This document shows positions 1 to 8,593 of a stretch of DNA of 32,000 nt, one piece after another (positions within the stretch are counted from its first letter, which is position 1; each line of letters opens with the position of its first letter). Source of the stretch: Bellilinea caldifistulae (GTDB lineage: Bacteria > Chloroflexota > Anaerolineae > Anaerolineales > Anaerolineaceae); contig NZ_LGHJ01000019.1 of NCBI RefSeq assembly GCF_001306055.1, positions 180,001-212,000 on the forward strand, in the 5' to 3' direction. The notes beneath the pieces are model-generated. The model did not search any database. It was given only the letters and a program-made list of their open reading frames with translations, and was not told the origin of the DNA. The position numbers and the translations under genes are program-made.

Positions 1-2
1 AA

Positions 3-818
3 GGCAAACCCACCGTCGTAGCGGGTGTTCCGCCGGATTACTTCTCACCAACCGGCCAATTATGGGGAAATCCTCTCTATAAATGGGAAATCCATCGCCA
101 GCAAAACTTCCGCTGGTGGATTCGGAGGATGCAGGCCACGCTGCGTCTCGTGGATATTGTCCGATTGGATCATTTCCGCGGATTTGCCGGTTACTGGGAG
201 GTTCCTTTTGGCATGCCCACAGCGGAAATTGGCCGCTGGGTGAAGGGGCCTGGTAAAGAACTGTTCAACGCTATTCGCGAAGCCCTCGGCGATCTTCCCA
301 TCATCGCTGAGGATTTGGGGGTAATCACCCCGGACGTCGTCGAATTACGCGATTCGTTCAATCTTCCCGGCATGAAGGTCTTTCAATTTGCCTTCACCAC
401 CGACCCGCTGGATCCCTTCCTGCCGCACAACTACGAAACCAATTGCGTTGCTTACACGGGTACCCACGACAACGATACTGCCCTTGGCTGGTATCAAAGT
501 GCACCCGAAAAAGAACGGGATTTTATCCGCCGCTATCTCGCACGATCCGGGGAGGATATCTCCTGGGACATGATTCGGGCTGTCTGGTCTTCGGTAGCCG
601 TCTTTGCCCTTGCGCCCATGCAGGATGTACTTGGACTTGGGAATGAAGCCCGTATGAACCTGCCGGGGCGAGCCAGTGGTAACTGGTGCTGGAGGCTTCA
701 CCCTGAAGCCTTCAACCCCGTGATTTTGAAACGGCTTAAAGAAGTCAATTACCTGTATGCCCGCACCGACATTGAGCGAACTGCCCAAACCGAATTACCC
801 CCCAATTATCCGCTGTAA
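3..818 (+). CDS. malQ: 4-alpha-glucanotransferase (amylomaltase, GH77), C-terminal part; the 5' end lies outside the window
   Basis: Frame 3 is open from base 3 (GKPTVVAGVPPDYFSPTGQLWGNPLYKWE...) and runs into listed ORF 129..818. GH77 hallmarks are present: PDYFSxTGQLWGNPLY, LDHFRGF, IIAEDLG, YTGTHDN, NLPG. Confidence 0.85.
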   Translation, partial: GKPTVVAGVPPDYFSPTGQLWGNPLYKWEIHRQQNFRWWIRRMQATLRLVDIVRLDHFRGFAGYWEVPFGMPTAEIGRWVKGPGKELFNAIREALGDLPIIAEDLGVITPDVVELRDSFNLPGMKVFQFAFTTDPLDPFLPHNYETNCVAYTGTHDNDTALGWYQSAPEKERDFIRRYLARSGEDISWDMIRAVWSSVAVFALAPMQDVLGLGNEARMNLPGRASGNWCWRLHPEAFNPVILKRLKEVNYLYARTDIERTAQTELPPNYPL

Positions 819-822
819 AACC

Positions 823-1761
823 TTATGATGATTCTCGATTGGCGAGGGAAGCAAGGTAAATACCGCCCAAAATCATTCCCCCGCCAATGACCTCATTTAA
901 AAGCGGAGTTTCTCGCAAGAAGATCATCGCCAGAATAGTTGCTCCCACCGGTTCCCCCAACAAAGCCAGAGAGACGAAAGTGGCCGGCAAATAACGCAGT
1001 GCCCAATTGAAAGATGAATGACCGATCACCTGCGGGATGATGGCCAGCAGTAAAAACCACCCGAATACGGGCAATGGGTAAGCCGTAAAGGAATACCCCA
1101 TTACCGCTGCCATGCCGATCAGGATAACCGCGGCCGTTGAATACACCATCAGGATGTATGACCTCAAAGAGATCATTGGGCGAATTTTCCGCCCAACCAA
1201 CAGGTAGCCGGCTGCCATCCATGCCCCCATCAGCGCCAGTAGATTACCTAAGAGAGCCTTTCCCTGGAAAAAAGAACCCAGCGAGGTACACACCAAGCGG
1301 CTTTGTTGCCACACACAAGCCTGACTGGCAGCCACTACCACACCCCCGCTGAGAGCCAGCCCCAAACCCCACCATACTTCTTTCTTCATCCTTTCTCTTA
1401 AAAACAATGGTGAGAAAATCGCAACCCACAAGGGGGTGGTGGTAACCAGCACAACCGAACTGGCGACCGAAGTGAGCTCGAGCGAGATAATCCACGTTGC
1501 AAAATGAACCGCCAGAAAAACCCCTGCCAGCAGTGCTTGAAGTTTGCCGTTTATCGGTAAAGTGCTCACTTCGCGTTGTGCCTGTCGGAGAGAAAATGGC
1601 ATTAAAATCAAACTGGCCAGTCCCAAACGATAAGCCGCAATAATCAAAGATGGCGCTTGCTGTTGTGCATAACGGATGAAAATGGCCGCCGTGGAAACCG
1701 CCAGGATGCCAGTTATTAAGATGAATGGGGAAAAACGGGATGATTTCTGCGGTGAGATCAT
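823..1761 (-). CDS. EamA/DMT-family membrane transporter
   Basis: Highly hydrophobic ORF with about 10 helix-length hydrophobic stretches in two EamA-like halves. The ORF-track start at 1797 is a TTG. The first ATG at 1761 (MISPQKSS...) is preferred. Convergent with malQ with only a 4-nt gap. Confidence 0.75.
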   Translation of the reverse strand: MISPQKSSRFSPFILITGILAVSTAAIFIRYAQQQAPSLIIAAYRLGLASLILMPFSLRQAQREVSTLPINGKLQALLAGVFLAVHFATWIISLELTSVASSVVLVTTTPLWVAIFSPLFLRERMKKEVWWGLGLALSGGVVVAASQACVWQQSRLVCTSLGSFFQGKALLGNLLALMGAWMAAGYLLVGRKIRPMISLRSYILMVYSTAAVILIGMAAVMGYSFTAYPLPVFGWFLLLAIIPQVIGHSSFNWALRYLPATFVSLALLGEPVGATILAMIFLRETPLLNEVIGGGMILGGIYLASLANRESS

Positions 1762-1790
1762 AATCACCCTATTATATCGCGGAGGAATGC

Positions 1791-1819
1791 TTGACAAACA
1801 GGTATCGGCTGGCTAGAAT
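1791..1819 (+). promoter_or_regulatory. Sigma70-type promoter TTGACA-17 nt-TAGAAT facing the ferredoxin gene
   Basis: TTGACA at 1791-1796 and TAGAAT at 1814-1819, with an exact 17-nt spacer. It would give a roughly 170-nt leader before the ATG at 1998. Confidence 0.5.
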
Positions 1820-1997
1820 AACTTTATCCCAATATTACAAAACTGGTCGGAAAATCAAATAATGGCCGAGGGGAGGTGTCTGGAGTCAAGAAATCCCATG
1901 AATTTACCCACATCATTTTGATTCAATTTTTCTCCGGTATTCGCTTACTTTCCCTCTGCATTCAAATTCTGTCCATTTCATCCAAACGGAGGTTACG

Positions 1998-2408
1998 ATG
2001 ACCCATATTATTACAAGCCTGTGTCTGCGTGATGGCGGTTGTGTTACCGTCTGCCCGGTAGAATGCATTGTTCCCGGTAAACCACAGGATAAATATCCGT
2101 GGTTCTACATTGACCCGGATACCTGCATTGACTGCGGTGCCTGTGTGCCGGAATGTCCCTATGCTGCCATTTTCCCGGAAGATGAAGTTCCCTCCGCCTA
2201 TGTGGCGCGCGGTGGAGAACGCCAATCCATGCCAGTCGGCACCCCCGGCTTTACCGAGATTTATGATGGTGTGAATCATGACGGCGAACCGGTTCACCTA
2301 GAGGCCACCCGCACACTCAAGGCCGGTGAAGTTGTGGATTTGACTCCCGACATTGCCAAAAATTACGAGTACTTCAAGGAAGGACCCGGTTACAGCGCAG
2401 CCGGTTAA
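1998..2408 (+). CDS. Ferredoxin (FdxA-like, 3Fe-4S/4Fe-4S type with C-terminal extension)
   Basis: N-terminal Cys pattern CxxxxxCxxxCP (CLRDGGCVTVCPVEC) plus CIDCGACVPECP. SD ACGGAGG lies 5 nt upstream of the ATG. Confidence 0.8.
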   Translation: MTHIITSLCLRDGGCVTVCPVECIVPGKPQDKYPWFYIDPDTCIDCGACVPECPYAAIFPEDEVPSAYVARGGERQSMPVGTPGFTEIYDGVNHDGEPVHLEATRTLKAGEVVDLTPDIAKNYEYFKEGPGYSAAG

Positions 2409-2425
2409 ACTTTTCAGCCCCTTTT

Positions 2426-2535
2426 ACAGGGTTGTTATCGGTGGAAGATGGAAAAATCCCGGTGAAAATGGACTGGTGAGCGCCGGGAGCGAGGTCAATT
2501 ATCCGTGCCACTGGTGAACAACCCTGTTTTTTTTT
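2426..2535 (+). terminator. Terminator-like element: about 100-nt imperfect rod hairpin closed by an 11-bp stem and followed by U9; possible attenuator or structured leader of aspA
   Basis: ACAGGGTTGTT (2426-2436) pairs with AACAACCCTGT (2517-2527), then T9 (2527-2535). Nested helices: CGGTGG 2439-2444/CCACTG 2508-2513, ATGGA 2448-2452/TCCGT 2502-2506, TCCCGG 2457-2462/CCGGGA 2483-2488. Confidence 0.4.
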
Positions 2536-2569
2536 CAATAAAATTCGCCAAAGGAGGTAAATAAAGTCA

Positions 2570-4024
2570 ATGACTGAAAATAATCTACGGGTGGAAAGAG
2601 ACTCATTGGGCGAAGTCATGGTACCGGCAAACGCTCTTTACGGCGCTCAAACCCAGCGCGCGGTCCTCAATTTCCCCATTTCGGGCATGCGCCCTTACCG
2701 GGCTTTCATCTGGTCTATGGCATTGATCAAACGCGCCGCCGCCGAAGTCAACCATGCAGTTGGATTGCTGGATGAACAACGCGCCAAAGCCATCATTCAA
2801 GCCGGGGAAGAAGTTATGGCTGGCCAGTGGAATGATCACTTTGTGGTGGATCCTTTTCAGGCTGGTGCCGGTACCAGCCACAATATGAACACCAACGAGG
2901 TCATTGCCAATCGGGCTACTCAAATCTTAGGTGGACAAATCGGCGAGTATCTTGTACACCCCAACGATCACGTCAATATGTCCCAATCCACCAACGATAC
3001 CATTCCCACAGCCATTCGACTGGGATGTTTGTGGCGATTGGACGAGTTAACCTTCACCATTCAAAAACTAATTGAGGCTCTCAAAGAGAAAGCCATCGAG
3101 TTTGATGACATTGTCAAATCAGGCCGCACCCATTTGCAAGATGCCGTCCCAGTGCGATTAGGGCAGGAATTTGGCGCTTATGCGCGCGCTGTAGACCGCG
3201 ACCGAGAACGCATTGAGCGGGCTGCCGAAGGCCTGCGCCGGTTGGGAATTGGCGGTACGGCCACTGGGACCGGTTTGAACGCTCACCCGGAATATCACCC
3301 CCGCATGGTGGAAGTCCTTTCGCGAGTTTCGGGATTGAAACTCTACACCTCTGATAATTTATTCGAGTCCATGCAATCCATGGCAGACATGGCAGATTTT
3401 TCGGCTTCCCTGCGCACCTTGGCCCTGACTCTGACGCGCATCGCCAACGATCTACGCCTGCTTTCTTCGGGGCCGGCAACCGGGCTGGATGAGATTCGCC
3501 TGCCGCCGGTACAGCCGGGTTCGTCCATTATGCCGGGAAAGGTCAACCCGGTTTTGGCAGAAATGCTGAACATGGCCATGTATCATGTGATTGGGCTGGA
3601 TACCGCCGTTGCCATGGCCTCTCAAGCCGGTCAGTTGGAATTAAATGTGATGATGCCGATCATCGCTCATGATCTCTTTGAGATGATGCACGTGATGATT
3701 GGGGCAATCAGCGCCTTTACCGATAAATGCGTGGTCGGTATCAAAGCCAACCGTGCCAAAGCCGAGGGCTGGCTGGCGCGCAACACCATCGTGGTAACTG
3801 CGCTGAATCCGATCATCGGTTATCTGGCAGGAGCGGCTCTGGTTAAAGAAGCCCTCAGCCGTGATTTAACCGTTCAGGAAGTTGCGCTGGAAAAGGTACG
3901 CGAAGGCGCTCTCAAGCATAAAGACACCGGTCAGCCACTGACCGAAGACGATATTCGCGCCGTATTCAGTGATATGCGCAAACTGACCGAAGGCGGATTA
4001 TTCGGCGGTGGAGGCGGCGGATAA
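2570..4024 (+). CDS. aspA: Aspartate ammonia-lyase (fumarase/aspartase superfamily)
   Basis: GSSIMPGKVNP signature. QAGAGTSHNMNTNEVIAN, HPNDHVNMSQSTNDT and NDLRLLSSGPATGLDEIRLP match AspA rather than FumC (FumC has QTGSGTQSNMN and KVNPTQ). SD AAGGAGG lies upstream. Confidence 0.8.
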   Translation: MTENNLRVERDSLGEVMVPANALYGAQTQRAVLNFPISGMRPYRAFIWSMALIKRAAAEVNHAVGLLDEQRAKAIIQAGEEVMAGQWNDHFVVDPFQAGAGTSHNMNTNEVIANRATQILGGQIGEYLVHPNDHVNMSQSTNDTIPTAIRLGCLWRLDELTFTIQKLIEALKEKAIEFDDIVKSGRTHLQDAVPVRLGQEFGAYARAVDRDRERIERAAEGLRRLGIGGTATGTGLNAHPEYHPRMVEVLSRVSGLKLYTSDNLFESMQSMADMADFSASLRTLALTLTRIANDLRLLSSGPATGLDEIRLPPVQPGSSIMPGKVNPVLAEMLNMAMYHVIGLDTAVAMASQAGQLELNVMMPIIAHDLFEMMHVMIGAISAFTDKCVVGIKANRAKAEGWLARNTIVVTALNPIIGYLAGAALVKEALSRDLTVQEVALEKVREGALKHKDTGQPLTEDDIRAVFSDMRKLTEGGLFGGGGGG

Positions 4025-4025
4025 A

Positions 4026-4766
4026 TTATTCGGTCCTTTGGCTGGCGTATACTGCTGCGCCGACAATGCCGGCATTGTTCAAGAACAATGCCGGTGTTAT
4101 TTTTGCTCGGGTAGAAAGATAGGGTAAGAATTTTTCCACATTTTTACTCAGCCCGCCGCCTATGATGATCAACTCCGGCCAAAACAGTTTCTCCATCTCG
4201 CTTAAGAATTCCTGCAAGCGTTTGGCATATTTTTTCCAGGAAAGGTCTTTCCTCTGCCGCGCCGCATCGGATGCCCGCCATTCGGCATCTTTACCGCGAA
4301 TTTTTAGATGCCCAAACTCTGCGTTCGGCACTAAAACCCCGTCGGTAAATATTGCTGTCCCAATACCCGTGCCGAGTGTGATGACCAGCACCACCCCTTT
4401 CACGTCCTTGCCGGCCCCAAATTTCATTTCGGCAATCCCTGCAGCATCCGCATCATTCAGGGTAAAAGTACGGCAGCCTGTAAATCGGGTCAACAAATCG
4501 TTGACATTCGTACCGATCCAGGTCGGGTGAATGTTTGCTGCCATCATAGCCACTCCTTGCAAAATCGGGGCGGGAAAGCCGCAGCCAATCACTCCTTCAT
4601 AACCAAATTGGTGGACTAATTCGGCGCAGGTTTCGGCAACATCTTCTGGTTTTGCGCCTTCAGGAGTGGGCAATCGCCGGCGTTCAGTCAGCAACGAACC
4701 GGTAACCGGGTCAACCACCGCTCCTTTAATTCCGGATCCGCCGATATCAATTCCGAGAACTTCCAT
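4026..4766 (-). CDS. ppgK: Polyphosphate glucokinase / ROK-family sugar kinase
   Basis: MEVLGIDIGGSGIKGAVVD N-terminus is typical of PpgK. The ATG at 4766 is preceded by AAGGAGAG. The longer ORF-track start (4853) would overlap mltG and lacks an SD. Confidence 0.75.
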   Translation of the reverse strand: MEVLGIDIGGSGIKGAVVDPVTGSLLTERRRLPTPEGAKPEDVAETCAELVHQFGYEGVIGCGFPAPILQGVAMMAANIHPTWIGTNVNDLLTRFTGCRTFTLNDADAAGIAEMKFGAGKDVKGVVLVITLGTGIGTAIFTDGVLVPNAEFGHLKIRGKDAEWRASDAARQRKDLSWKKYAKRLQEFLSEMEKLFWPELIIIGGGLSKNVEKFLPYLSTRAKITPALFLNNAGIVGAAVYASQRTE

Positions 4767-4788
4767 TTTTTCTCTCCTTACCGTTCGA

Positions 4789-5931
4789 TTATGGACATGC
4801 ATTTTGTAAATGCTCTTCAAACGTTTTTGCAAAGGAATGCCTGCCCGATCCATCGCAGCGCGCCCGGAAATAAAAATAAGGGGAATCCGCCGGGTAAGCC
4901 ACAGCCTGTAAAGCGCTTAAGGATGGATTACAAATGGGGGTGGGCGGTAATCCGGTATTTTGATAGGTATTATAAGGGGAATTAATCATCAAGTCATTGT
5001 GGCTTAATGGATTCGTCCACCACGTCTGCTGCAATGAATTATATCCCAATGCGTATTGAACGGTGGGGTCGGCATCCAGTTTCATGCCGGCCCTCAAACG
5101 ATTGTAGAACACAGAAGCAATCATCGGTCTTTCTTCTTCGACAATCCCTTCGCGGTGAACAATCGAAGCCAGGGTAACTGCTTCATGCAGAGTCAGTCCC
5201 TGACGGGAAAAAGCTTCCCGCAAATTGGAATCCACCTGCTGATTGAAGCGTTCCAAAAAAGCGGCAACCACCTCGCGCACACTGGCATCCCTTCTGAAGC
5301 GATATTCACCCGGAAAAAGATAACCCTCCAGGCTGAATCCGGCTGAAGTTCTGCCCGCCGGATGCCATTCGGCTGGTGGATTGCGCACAAATTGAAGAAA
5401 TTCATCCGGTGTGATTTGCAAACCGGAAGTCGGTAGTGAAGCAGCAATTTCCTCAACCCGCCACCCAGCCAGAATAACAAACGTGATTTGGTCAGGTGTG
5501 GCATCCAGCAAATGATGTCCGATCTCAATGGCGTTCCACGCCGGGCTGATCTCATACTCTCCCGCCTGAATCGCCGTATCCAGACCCGAATAGACCATGT
5601 AATCGCGAAAAGATTCGGAATCGCGAATTAAACCTTCGCGTTGTAATCGAACGGCAACTTGCTCGGCTGTTTCTCCGCTTTGAATGATGAACAGGCGCGG
5701 CGATCCCTGCGCATCCAAGGGGGTAGTTAATTTATCATGGTTTAAGATTAGCCGGATGGAATACCAGTACCGGTCTAGAAGATCCAATCGTGAACTGGCA
5801 TAACCGAACTGCACCTCTGCCAGGGAAGGGATTTGAACCAGAAACCAACCCAAAGCAATCAAAACGATTAAACCTATCAGCAGAAACAAAAAACAACCAG
5901 ATGAAAGACGTTGTTTATTCGATTTTTCCAT
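4789..5931 (-). CDS. mltG: Endolytic murein transglycosylase MltG (YceG family)
   Basis: N-terminal TM helix and a YceG core (LASIVHREG...ASVFYNRLRAGMKLDADPTVQYALG). ATG at 5931 with GAGGAAG upstream. The ORF-track start at 5937 is a GTG. Confidence 0.8.
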   Translation of the reverse strand: MEKSNKQRLSSGCFLFLLIGLIVLIALGWFLVQIPSLAEVQFGYASSRLDLLDRYWYSIRLILNHDKLTTPLDAQGSPRLFIIQSGETAEQVAVRLQREGLIRDSESFRDYMVYSGLDTAIQAGEYEISPAWNAIEIGHHLLDATPDQITFVILAGWRVEEIAASLPTSGLQITPDEFLQFVRNPPAEWHPAGRTSAGFSLEGYLFPGEYRFRRDASVREVVAAFLERFNQQVDSNLREAFSRQGLTLHEAVTLASIVHREGIVEEERPMIASVFYNRLRAGMKLDADPTVQYALGYNSLQQTWWTNPLSHNDLMINSPYNTYQNTGLPPTPICNPSLSALQAVAYPADSPYFYFRARCDGSGRHSFAKTFEEHLQNACP

Positions 5932-5933
5932 TC

Positions 5934-6383
5934 TCACTCTTCCTCAATTGGAAAGACTGAATCGCGGCTGTTCAAGTAAGACTGCAAAATGACCACCGCG
6001 GCCAGGTCATCCATGTGGCCGCGCCGCTGACTTCGTTTTACACCCATTTTCTGTCTTGCGCTGCGGGCTGTTTGGGTGCTGCCGCTCTCGTCCCACAGGA
6101 CAACCGGGATTTCAGTTTGAGCACGAATAGCCTCAGCCAGCCGTTGGGCTTTTCTTCCCATCACACCCGGCGTTCCATCCAGTTCGATTGCCTGACCAAT
6201 TACGATTTCAACAACCCCCCATTCCTGCGCAATTTGTACAATAGTTGCCGCATCAATCAAACGCGAAACATGTTTAAGCACCTGCAGGGGGTTGGCAATC
6301 GTACCGGTTGGATCCGAAATTGCCAGCCCGATCCGCTTTTCACCCGGATCCACCGCCAAAACCCGTCCGCGTTCGCTGCTCAT
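5934..6383 (-). CDS. ruvX: Holliday-junction resolvase-like / pre-16S rRNA nuclease RuvX (YqgF)
   Basis: RVLAVDPGEKRIGLAISDP motif. The ATG at 6383 overlaps the upstream gene's stop as ATGA (6383-6380). Confidence 0.8.
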   Translation of the reverse strand: MSSERGRVLAVDPGEKRIGLAISDPTGTIANPLQVLKHVSRLIDAATIVQIAQEWGVVEIVIGQAIELDGTPGVMGRKAQRLAEAIRAQTEIPVVLWDESGSTQTARSARQKMGVKRSQRRGHMDDLAAVVILQSYLNSRDSVFPIEEE

Positions 6384-7876
6384 CGTTCTTCCACTCCAAT
6401 ACGGAAGGTGAGAAACGGCAGACGCTTCCACCACACGGGTTGAACGAAGATTTCCGGCGGGCTTACAAGTTGGTACTGCTGGCTGACCCGTTCAGAAGCG
6501 CTTTCCAGCGCTAACCCCCGTACGGATGAGGTAATCAGAGCCGCTTCAATTTTTGTTTTTACCAGCCGCCTTGCCTCGATGGTGAATTCAACCGATTCCC
6601 CTTCTTGAAAACTGCTTTGTCCTTTATGGCGATATTGAAAAGTGTCTTCTAGGACAGTCATCCGCTCCGGAAGATTGGCGTTCATCGCATCGTTCAAAAT
6701 CCGTTCCAGGTGAGCCTGATCATAAGCCCACGCTTCAAACTCCACCTGCAAGTTCAGCACAAACCGGTCGGCCAATTCACCGGGGGCCGGCTGATAAACC
6801 TTTTCGACCACCCTGTCAATCACCAGCGTTTCCGGCAAAAGGATCTTTCCCGGCGGGAGAATTTTTTGCAATTCCTGGCGGGCATCCTCTGCCAGAGAAG
6901 TAATCAAGCTGTCATAAACCCGCGCCGCATCCCGTTCACTGACTACTCTACCTTGCCGGTCGCTACCTCCAAAAATCGCCTGGGGATTCTCTGCTGCTAC
7001 AACCAGACCAAGACTTCCCTCCACCGCTCCTAAAGCCTGCGCCGGTACATTGCCATGACTTCCTGCTACCAGGGCTCGCACATTGACTTCACGGGTTTGT
7101 CCGTTACCGGCCGGTAGAGTCACATTCTGAGTCGTTTCGAAGCGAACAAACGGCTCGGAGAGTGTTCGCAGGATCGTTCCCTGCGGAACGAAAACCGCCT
7201 CCTCGGTCAGGTTTATTAAATTGACCGTGCCGCTCGCTTTTTTTTCGCCAATAGGCTGAGATCCTGTGGCATCTCCCCACAGAGAACCACGCACGGTCAC
7301 TTTGAAAATTTCAGCCGGAATCGATCCTGAAGGGGAAACCACTTCGATTTGCGGACTGGCGCGGATGCGCATTTCAAAAATTTGTTCTTCCTGAAAAGGT
7401 TTCACTACAATCCTTGCAGAGGGAAGGAAAAACAACATCAATCCACTGAAACTGATCACACCTAATAAAAAAGAAAGCAATCGGAGCCAGACATTTTCCG
7501 ATTTGGGATGCGTCTGACTGAGCAGATTTCTCAATGTTTGAGAATCGATTTTTCGGGTTTTCCGAAATCGAAGCAATTTCCGCCGTCGGGAACTTGACTG
7601 CCAGCCGATTCGTTGAGCAGCCGGGATAGACGGGAAAACCGGCATACCCACTTCCTGTGCTTCTGCAATCAGATCTTTATCCTGCGTGACCAGACCAACC
7701 TGACCGCCGAGGGCTTGGGCTTGCCGCTGAAGAAGAAGTAAGTCCAAACGCTGCAACACCGGCGGACGGCGGCGCGGCAACACGAGTAGAATTCGTCTCG
7801 CTTTGCTCCAAGACATCTTGTCGCGAATCGAGATGTAATCATCATGGCTTTCCAGACGAATAATTTGGGTTTTCAT
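6380..7876 (-). CDS. Uncharacterised single-pass membrane protein (498 aa)
   Basis: Long ORF with a soluble N-terminal domain of about 130 aa, one hydrophobic helix (WLRLLSFLLGVISFSGLMLFFLP) and a large C-terminal domain. Translationally coupled to ruvX. I recognise no family with confidence. Confidence 0.65.
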   Translation of the reverse strand: MKTQIIRLESHDDYISIRDKMSWSKARRILLVLPRRRPPVLQRLDLLLLQRQAQALGGQVGLVTQDKDLIAEAQEVGMPVFPSIPAAQRIGWQSSSRRRKLLRFRKTRKIDSQTLRNLLSQTHPKSENVWLRLLSFLLGVISFSGLMLFFLPSARIVVKPFQEEQIFEMRIRASPQIEVVSPSGSIPAEIFKVTVRGSLWGDATGSQPIGEKKASGTVNLINLTEEAVFVPQGTILRTLSEPFVRFETTQNVTLPAGNGQTREVNVRALVAGSHGNVPAQALGAVEGSLGLVVAAENPQAIFGGSDRQGRVVSERDAARVYDSLITSLAEDARQELQKILPPGKILLPETLVIDRVVEKVYQPAPGELADRFVLNLQVEFEAWAYDQAHLERILNDAMNANLPERMTVLEDTFQYRHKGQSSFQEGESVEFTIEARRLVKTKIEAALITSSVRGLALESASERVSQQYQLVSPPEIFVQPVWWKRLPFLTFRIGVEER

Positions 7877-7912
7877 TGAAAAGATGCGTGCAGCGGGAAG
7901 ACTTAAACGTAA

Positions 7913-8491
7913 TTATACACGTCGGTTGGATTGACCGTATTCCCACAACCGCCGGACTTCCTCATCCTTCAACTCACGCCATTCCCCCGGCTGCAAACCT
8001 TCCAGCGTAATCGGTCCAATAGCCACCCTCACCAGACGAAGGGTGGGAAAGCCAATTGCGGCCGTCATGTGCCGGATCTGCCGTTTGCGCCCCTCCTGCA
8101 GTACCAGCCTCAACCAGGTCGTTTCGTCATGGGGAGTAACCGGCTTGCTGCGCGGCGGAAGGTCGGGTTGTGGGATGATCAACGCTTCGCAGCGCCGTGT
8201 TTTTTTGCCTTTCACTTCCACTCCCCTTTGCAGGGCTGCCAGCGCTTCCGGGGTGATTTTGCCTTCTACCTGCACGAAGTAAGTTTTTGGAATGCGATGG
8301 CGCGGATCGGTCAAAAGGTGAATCAAGCGGCCGTCATCACTCAAAATCAACAACCCTTCACTATCCAGATCGAGCCGGCCAGCCGGATAGATGCCGGGAA
8401 GCGGGATGTATTCTTTCAGCGTTGGACGACCTTCCAAGTCGCGGAAGGCGGTAAGAACCCCATAAGGTTTGTAAAATGCAATGACTTTCAT
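7913..8491 (-). CDS. rluE: 23S rRNA pseudouridine synthase, RluE-like (RsuA family without S4 domain)
   Basis: FYKPYGVLTAF...GRLDLDSEGLLILSDDG...KTYFVQVEG closely parallels E. coli RluE. Confidence 0.75.
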   Translation of the reverse strand: MKVIAFYKPYGVLTAFRDLEGRPTLKEYIPLPGIYPAGRLDLDSEGLLILSDDGRLIHLLTDPRHRIPKTYFVQVEGKITPEALAALQRGVEVKGKKTRRCEALIIPQPDLPPRSKPVTPHDETTWLRLVLQEGRKRQIRHMTAAIGFPTLRLVRVAIGPITLEGLQPGEWRELKDEEVRRLWEYGQSNRRV

Positions 8492-8593
8492 CGAAAATTT
8501 ATTCTACTTTTCTTTCCGGCGGGTGATTTCGATTATAATCAATATCATTGAAAAATTGTTTGATCAGCGGTTTGTTTAATCAAAGGATCACCC

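Noticed and set aside
25-243. 72-aa ORF at the left edge and other short overlapping ORFs within malQ
   Set aside because: They are out of frame with the clearly conserved MalQ reading frame, which is open from base 3.
2426-2535. Calling the structured element a cobalamin or ZTP riboswitch
   Set aside because: Only short strings match (GGUGAAAAU and GCCACUGG; GACUGGUGA and CCGGGAGCGA). The remaining conserved cores are missing: the B12 box, the GGGAA junction, the ZTP P2 hairpin and the CCGCCUGGGC pseudoknot arm. The downstream gene (aspA) also fits neither regulon. It is kept as an unclassified structure.
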